Virus record (IMG/VR): IMGVR_UViG_3300037808_001064
DNA length: 20,000 nt
Source of the DNA: an uncultured virus (IMG/VR IMGVR_UViG_3300037808_001064)
Taxonomy: Duplodnaviria; Heunggongvirae; Uroviricota; Caudoviricetes
Strand: one strand, 5' to 3'
Shown piece by piece: positions 15,905-20,000 of the stretch. The translations under genes were made by a program, and so were the position numbers. The notes below the pieces were generated by a model. It saw only the letters and a program-made list of their open reading frames with translations, did not search any database and was not told the origin of the DNA. Within the stretch, counting starts at the first letter, position 1; every line of letters starts with the position of its first letter.

Positions 15905-18900
15905 AACATCCCCCCTGATAATGATAGTCGTCTGCGTCGTGTTTGGATGATGGCTGATGAAACCACAGGGCAGTCGAAATAGTTTCTGGTGCTGGCTAGG
16001 GCTTTGATTTCGTCGAGGGATAGGGCACGGTCCCAGAGGTAAACATCGTCCGTAGTTCCCTCCATATACGAAGAAACCAGTGGATCAATACTATGAGCGA
16101 TTCCAAAGTCCTTGTTTTGAGTCGAAGGATTAGTAGCTGTTGTCCCTGATCCATCACTAACCCCATCTACGAATAATTCGGCAGTCCAACTCCCAGTGCT
16201 TCCAGAACGAACCACTGCTACGTGATACCATTGATCAGTGCTTAGAGTTGTAGATCCCGTCTTCACTACAGTTCCACCCCACGTAATTGACAACTTCCCT
16301 GCTGTCCTATTCACCTCAAAACTGAACTGAGCTAGTCCACTTTGTGGGATGTCTGAAATGATATGATCCTGCCCCCCTGCGGTAGTGGCTATTTTTAACC
16401 ACGTGGCTGCGGAGGCTTCTCCTTGAAGCGAGATAGCTCCAACATCCACATAGTCATTAGTCCCATCATACTCAATAGCCCGCGTACCGCCGCTATCGGT
16501 ATCAGCAACCCAGTCGCCAGTTGTCATATTCGTCAGCGTGCCGACGTTTCCATTCCCGCTGAAATCCATAGCGTTCAGGGTTGCGTTACCCCAGTCATCA
16601 TAACTGGGTACTATTGATAGTACCGAGCCTTTAGTGTTTGGGACTTCGACTTCGTACTCGGAAGCGAGTAATGCGACTTCGGCAGCGGTGAGGGCACGGT
16701 TGAAGACTCGCGTATCCCGTAATGAGCCTGATGTATATTTCCCGTTGTACCCACGCATGAAGTTGTTGATCACAAATCGGCGTGTGGCTGCATCAATAGT
16801 TGACGACAGCCCGTCGATTTCATTCACTCCGTCAATGTAGAGATCCCCCGTTTCGTCAGAGTGATTTACGTAGGTCAAAAGATGCCACTCGCCGTCTGCG
16901 ACCAGCGTGGTTGATTTGATGTTGTGTTGCCATCCGCCGTTGTAATGCAGATATTCGCAGTACCCGCTTCGCAGGATGAACTGAGCATAAAGGTCGCCAT
17001 TGTCTCTTCCACAAATGGCCTTGCCCCAGTCTCCATTTTGATCAGTGTCTGTTCCTTTGTACCAAACTGACACAGTCCAATCTTCGATGTCGTTGAAACT
17101 TAAAACACCTCCCCCTGTTGAGGTACTATTGTCAGGTGTATCCACATAATCATCCGTCCCATCAAAAACTATTTCATCATCTTCACCGACATAAGCCCCA
17201 TTAGTCAGAGTGCCGTGGTTTCCGTTTCCGGATTCATCGCTGATGTCGTTGTTCCAGAGAGTGGTGACTTCAGTGGCGGAAAGGGCACGGTCGAGGAGTC
17301 GAAAATTGTCAACTTCCATATCTACATACCCACTTCCCCCGTCATATCCAATAGATAAGTCGTATGAGGTAACACTAGGTATGGCCCCAGCGGCTACCGA
17401 CCCTACGAGAGACCCGTCGAGATAAAACACAGCGTTAGTGGAATCCCATGTGAACGTCGCAACATGCCATTCGCCGTCGTCTACTACAGACGAGGATGTC
17501 GCCGTGGCTTTGCTTGCTCCATCATAAATATAGCCCATCAGCTTTCCTGTTGACCCATTGGCCCTGATTGCGATATACCCACCCTCATCTGTTATGATTC
17601 GTTTGTATGAAGTGAGACTATCGGTTGTCTTAAACCTTAAACTGATTGTGCCTGCGGCAGCGTTCAGAGGTCGGCCCAGATTGATTTTGTCCCCGACCCC
17701 ATCCAGATCAAAATAACCATCGGAATTTACAAACGTATCGCCAACCAGAGTCCCATCATTACCCATCGGACTCTGATCGGTCACGCCCGTTTTACCATCC
17801 AGTTGAAGCACAGTACCGGGCAACACTCCAACATCGTGACGTGATGGATGCAGGGCTAATACTTCGCCACCGAGTAATCCAACTGGGCGATAACCTCTGA
17901 CGCCTTTGTTGTAGAGCAGTATGGCTTCGGCTTCAGTGACCGGCCTTTGGATAATGCGGAAATCGTCAATCTCGCCATCAAGTTCATTATCATACGTGTA
18001 AGTGTCTGTTGAGACTTTCCCGATAATCGGTCCCGCTGTGGTCTGTGTCGGAGCAGTCAAAAAGTTGTTATTTTCCGACCATCCTCCGGGATCAACGCCG
18101 TCGATGTAGATGGACGTTGCCGCTGCCGTGTCATCCACTGATATGACTACGTGATGCCATTGCCCAGCAGTGAAAATCCCAGAGGCTTTGTACTTGAACG
18201 ATGAAGCCCCAGAGGTGTGGCATTGAGCATAAAGTCCGCTTCCATTTCGATATAACCATGCACCATTCAGACTGGTCGTGACCGCTGTTCCCTCACCCCA
18301 TATGGATTCGTTTCCTGCCGCTACACTATTGAATTTTACCCAGAACGAACACGTCCACTGTGTACTATTCACTACGGGAGTAGTCGGCATCAGTACGTAA
18401 TCATCAGTCCCATTAAACACGAATTCCGTATCCGTACTGTTCGCTGCAATATCGGTTCCCGTGAACGTCCCATAGTTGCAGTGATTGCTCAAATCCCGCT
18501 CACCACTAGCAGCCTCAAGATGCAGGACCGTATCAGGAATCTGTCTCACTGGTAGAGGAGGTTCGTATCCGGGGACACCTTCGTAGAGGGAGAGGACTTG
18601 TGCGGCGGTGATGGCGACATTAAATAGCCTAACTTCGCCCACATCCATGGCCTTGAACGCGGTCCCTGATCCTCCGACCTCGATATCATATGCAGATCCC
18701 GCAGCAAGCATTGCACCACAAGCCACAGATCCCTCTTGGACGCCGTCAACGTAGATTCGCAGCGTCGTTGAGTCCCACGTAACAGCGACATGGTGCCACA
18801 GTCCGTCTAAGGTGTCTGAGGTTCCCGGGGCTGTGCGGTTGCCAGTATCGTACAAGATCGCGTTTACTTTGCCGCTAGTAGACTGAATCAAACGGAAGTG

Positions 18901-19776
18901 TCCCGGTGCGTCACCAATGATAATGTCGTTCAGCGTAACGTCAGTGCCGCGAAGCCATAACGAAAGGGTCATAGCTGCCGGGTTATACAGTTTCCCCAGC
19001 AGTATCGAGTCATCAACTCCATCAAAAACGTATCGCCTTCCAGTGACACCCATTCCTCCGTTGTATGCCGCTGGATCCTGCGTTCCACTCTGATCAACTA
19101 ATCCCGTCTCGGGTCTCAGGTGCAAGACAGTCCCAGCGATATCTGGACGGGCAGTGGCGTTGTAGAGTTCGCGGGCTTCTGTGGAGGTGATGGCTCTGGA
19201 GAATGCCCGGAACGATTTGATCTTCCCAGTGAGGTTTCCGTATCCTACTTGTGCCCCAATGTGTAATGGCCACGGTGATGTAGGATCGGTGCCAGCAGAG
19301 GAAGCCCCAGCCGTGGCCGCAACTTCTTCCCCGTTGATAAAGAGCTTCGCGTAGCTGTCTGCCTGCTTCTTAGTGAGGACCAGATGGTAGAAAACATCGT
19401 CAGCATAACCGGGGATCGTGTATTGAATATGCTCCAGGCCGGACTTAATGTATACGTAAATGACTCCGGCCCACGACTGGCACATAACACCGTTAGCGTA
19501 TGCTTCCTGTGCAAAAAGCACCTCGCCTGTTGCTGTGTGGTCATCCAGTGAAAAGAAAAGAGAATAGGAAAAGTCTGTCCCCTGGTCGTCCTTATAGTCA
19601 GCCACGGAGACATAATCATCCGTACCATCGAACACGAACGCACCGTCAACAATGCTCATCCCGCCATTCAGCGTACCATCATTCCCATAGTTCGTCTGAT
19701 CTGTAATACCAGTTGCGGCTTGCAGATTTAGAACCGTATCTTTGAGTTGACGTGTTTCAGAGCAGATCGTCACCAT
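15901..19776 (-). CDS. Multi-LamG (concanavalin A-like jelly-roll) protein, putative receptor-binding/tail fibre protein
   Basis: Six repeats of D.S..GN.GTL...FDG.DDY/V...W(H/Y)H(V/L)....(Y/F)(I/V)DG...R.(F/W)..A(L/I)T/S..E. Arg-rich C-terminal tail RRRRLSLSGGML. Confidence 0.85.
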   Translation of the reverse strand: MVTICSETRQLKDTVLNLQAATGITDQTNYGNDGTLNGGMSIVDGAFVFDGTDDYVSVADYKDDQGTDFSYSLFFSLDDHTATGEVLFAQEAYANGVMCQSWAGVIYVYIKSGLEHIQYTIPGYADDVFYHLVLTKKQADSYAKLFINGEEVAATAGASSAGTDPTSPWPLHIGAQVGYGNLTGKIKSFRAFSRAITSTEARELYNATARPDIAGTVLHLRPETGLVDQSGTQDPAAYNGGMGVTGRRYVFDGVDDSILLGKLYNPAAMTLSLWLRGTDVTLNDIIIGDAPGHFRLIQSTSGKVNAILYDTGNRTAPGTSDTLDGLWHHVAVTWDSTTLRIYVDGVQEGSVACGAMLAAGSAYDIEVGGSGTAFKAMDVGEVRLFNVAITAAQVLSLYEGVPGYEPPLPVRQIPDTVLHLEAASGERDLSNHCNYGTFTGTDIAANSTDTEFVFNGTDDYVLMPTTPVVNSTQWTCSFWVKFNSVAAGNESIWGEGTAVTTSLNGAWLYRNGSGLYAQCHTSGASSFKYKASGIFTAGQWHHVVISVDDTAAATSIYIDGVDPGGWSENNNFLTAPTQTTAGPIIGKVSTDTYTYDNELDGEIDDFRIIQRPVTEAEAILLYNKGVRGYRPVGLLGGEVLALHPSRHDVGVLPGTVLQLDGKTGVTDQSPMGNDGTLVGDTFVNSDGYFDLDGVGDKINLGRPLNAAAGTISLRFKTTDSLTSYKRIITDEGGYIAIRANGSTGKLMGYIYDGASKATATSSSVVDDGEWHVATFTWDSTNAVFYLDGSLVGSVAAGAIPSVTSYDLSIGYDGGSGYVDMEVDNFRLLDRALSATEVTTLWNNDISDESGNGNHGTLTNGAYVGEDDEIVFDGTDDYVDTPDNSTSTGGGVLSFNDIEDWTVSVWYKGTDTDQNGDWGKAICGRDNGDLYAQFILRSGYCEYLHYNGGWQHNIKSTTLVADGEWHLLTYVNHSDETGDLYIDGVNEIDGLSSTIDAATRRFVINNFMRGYNGKYTSGSLRDTRVFNRALTAAEVALLASEYEVEVPNTKGSVLSIVPSYDDWGNATLNAMDFSGNGNVGTLTNMTTGDWVADTDSGGTRAIEYDGTNDYVDVGAISLQGEASAATWLKIATTAGGQDHIISDIPQSGLAQFSFEVNRTAGKLSITWGGTVVKTGSTTLSTDQWYHVAVVRSGSTGSWTAELFVDGVSDGSGTTATNPSTQNKDFGIAHSIDPLVSSYMEGTTDDVYLWDRALSLDEIKALASTRNYFDCPVVSSAIIQTRRRRLSLSGGML

Positions 19777-20000
19777 TATGCTCCGTGTGATCCGTTGCCA
19801 TCAGGACTCGCCAGCAGGTCGTCCACCTCAGCCTGCCATTCTGCTGCGGTCGTGCCTTCAAATACTTGAAGCCATCCAGAGACAGCATTCAATTTTGCCT
19901 GCACTGGAGTGACCAGAGCATTCGCATCTGAAACTGCTGTATCATACGTTGCTTGTGCCGCGTCTAAGGGCACTTGAGCAGCAGCGATGGAAGTGTCGCG
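19776..20000 (-). CDS. Hypothetical protein, C-terminal part (start lies beyond the window)
   Basis: The frame is open to position 20000 (RDTSIAAAQVPLDAAQATYDTAV...). Its stop is TAATG-coupled to the LamG gene. Confidence 0.65.
   Translation of the reverse strand, partial: RDTSIAAAQVPLDAAQATYDTAVSDANALVTPVQAKLNAVSGWLQVFEGTTAAEWQAEVDDLLASPDGNGSHGA

Noticed and set aside
15901..19776. Diversity-generating retroelement target or template repeats
   Set aside because: No reverse transcriptase and no near-identical nucleotide repeat with adenine-specific differences was seen. Repeats are diverged at protein level.

Overview
Fragment of a tailed dsDNA phage or prophage genome. All credible genes are on the minus strand and many are coupled by TAATG/ATGA/TGATG overlaps. 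In transcription order (20000 to 1): (i) tail/adsorption genes, including a 1291-aa protein with six LamG-like domains; (ii) a regulatory leader, a small Xis-like HTH gene missed by the ORF track, and a CsrA homologue; (iii) a recombination/replication module (Sak4/AAA_24-like ATPase, DUF669-like SSB, DEDDy exonuclease, a RecD2-like helicase split into two ORFs, ERCC4 nuclease, TOPRIM primase-helicase) followed by an iteron-rich putative origin; (iv) a putative lysis region where a holin-like gene lies between a signal-less MMP-like metalloprotease and a methyltransferase-thioredoxin-trypsin fusion, with no recognisable classical endolysin in this window; (v) a head-spike base gene and a beta-helix protein running off the left edge. 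The most notable observations are the protease-flanked holin cassette, a probable programmed -1 frameshift extending the Sak4-like ATPase, and a phage CsrA with a near-consensus CsrA site over its own start codon. A Planctomycetota-like host is inferred from protein style only. All family assignments are by motif recognition; no database searches were run.
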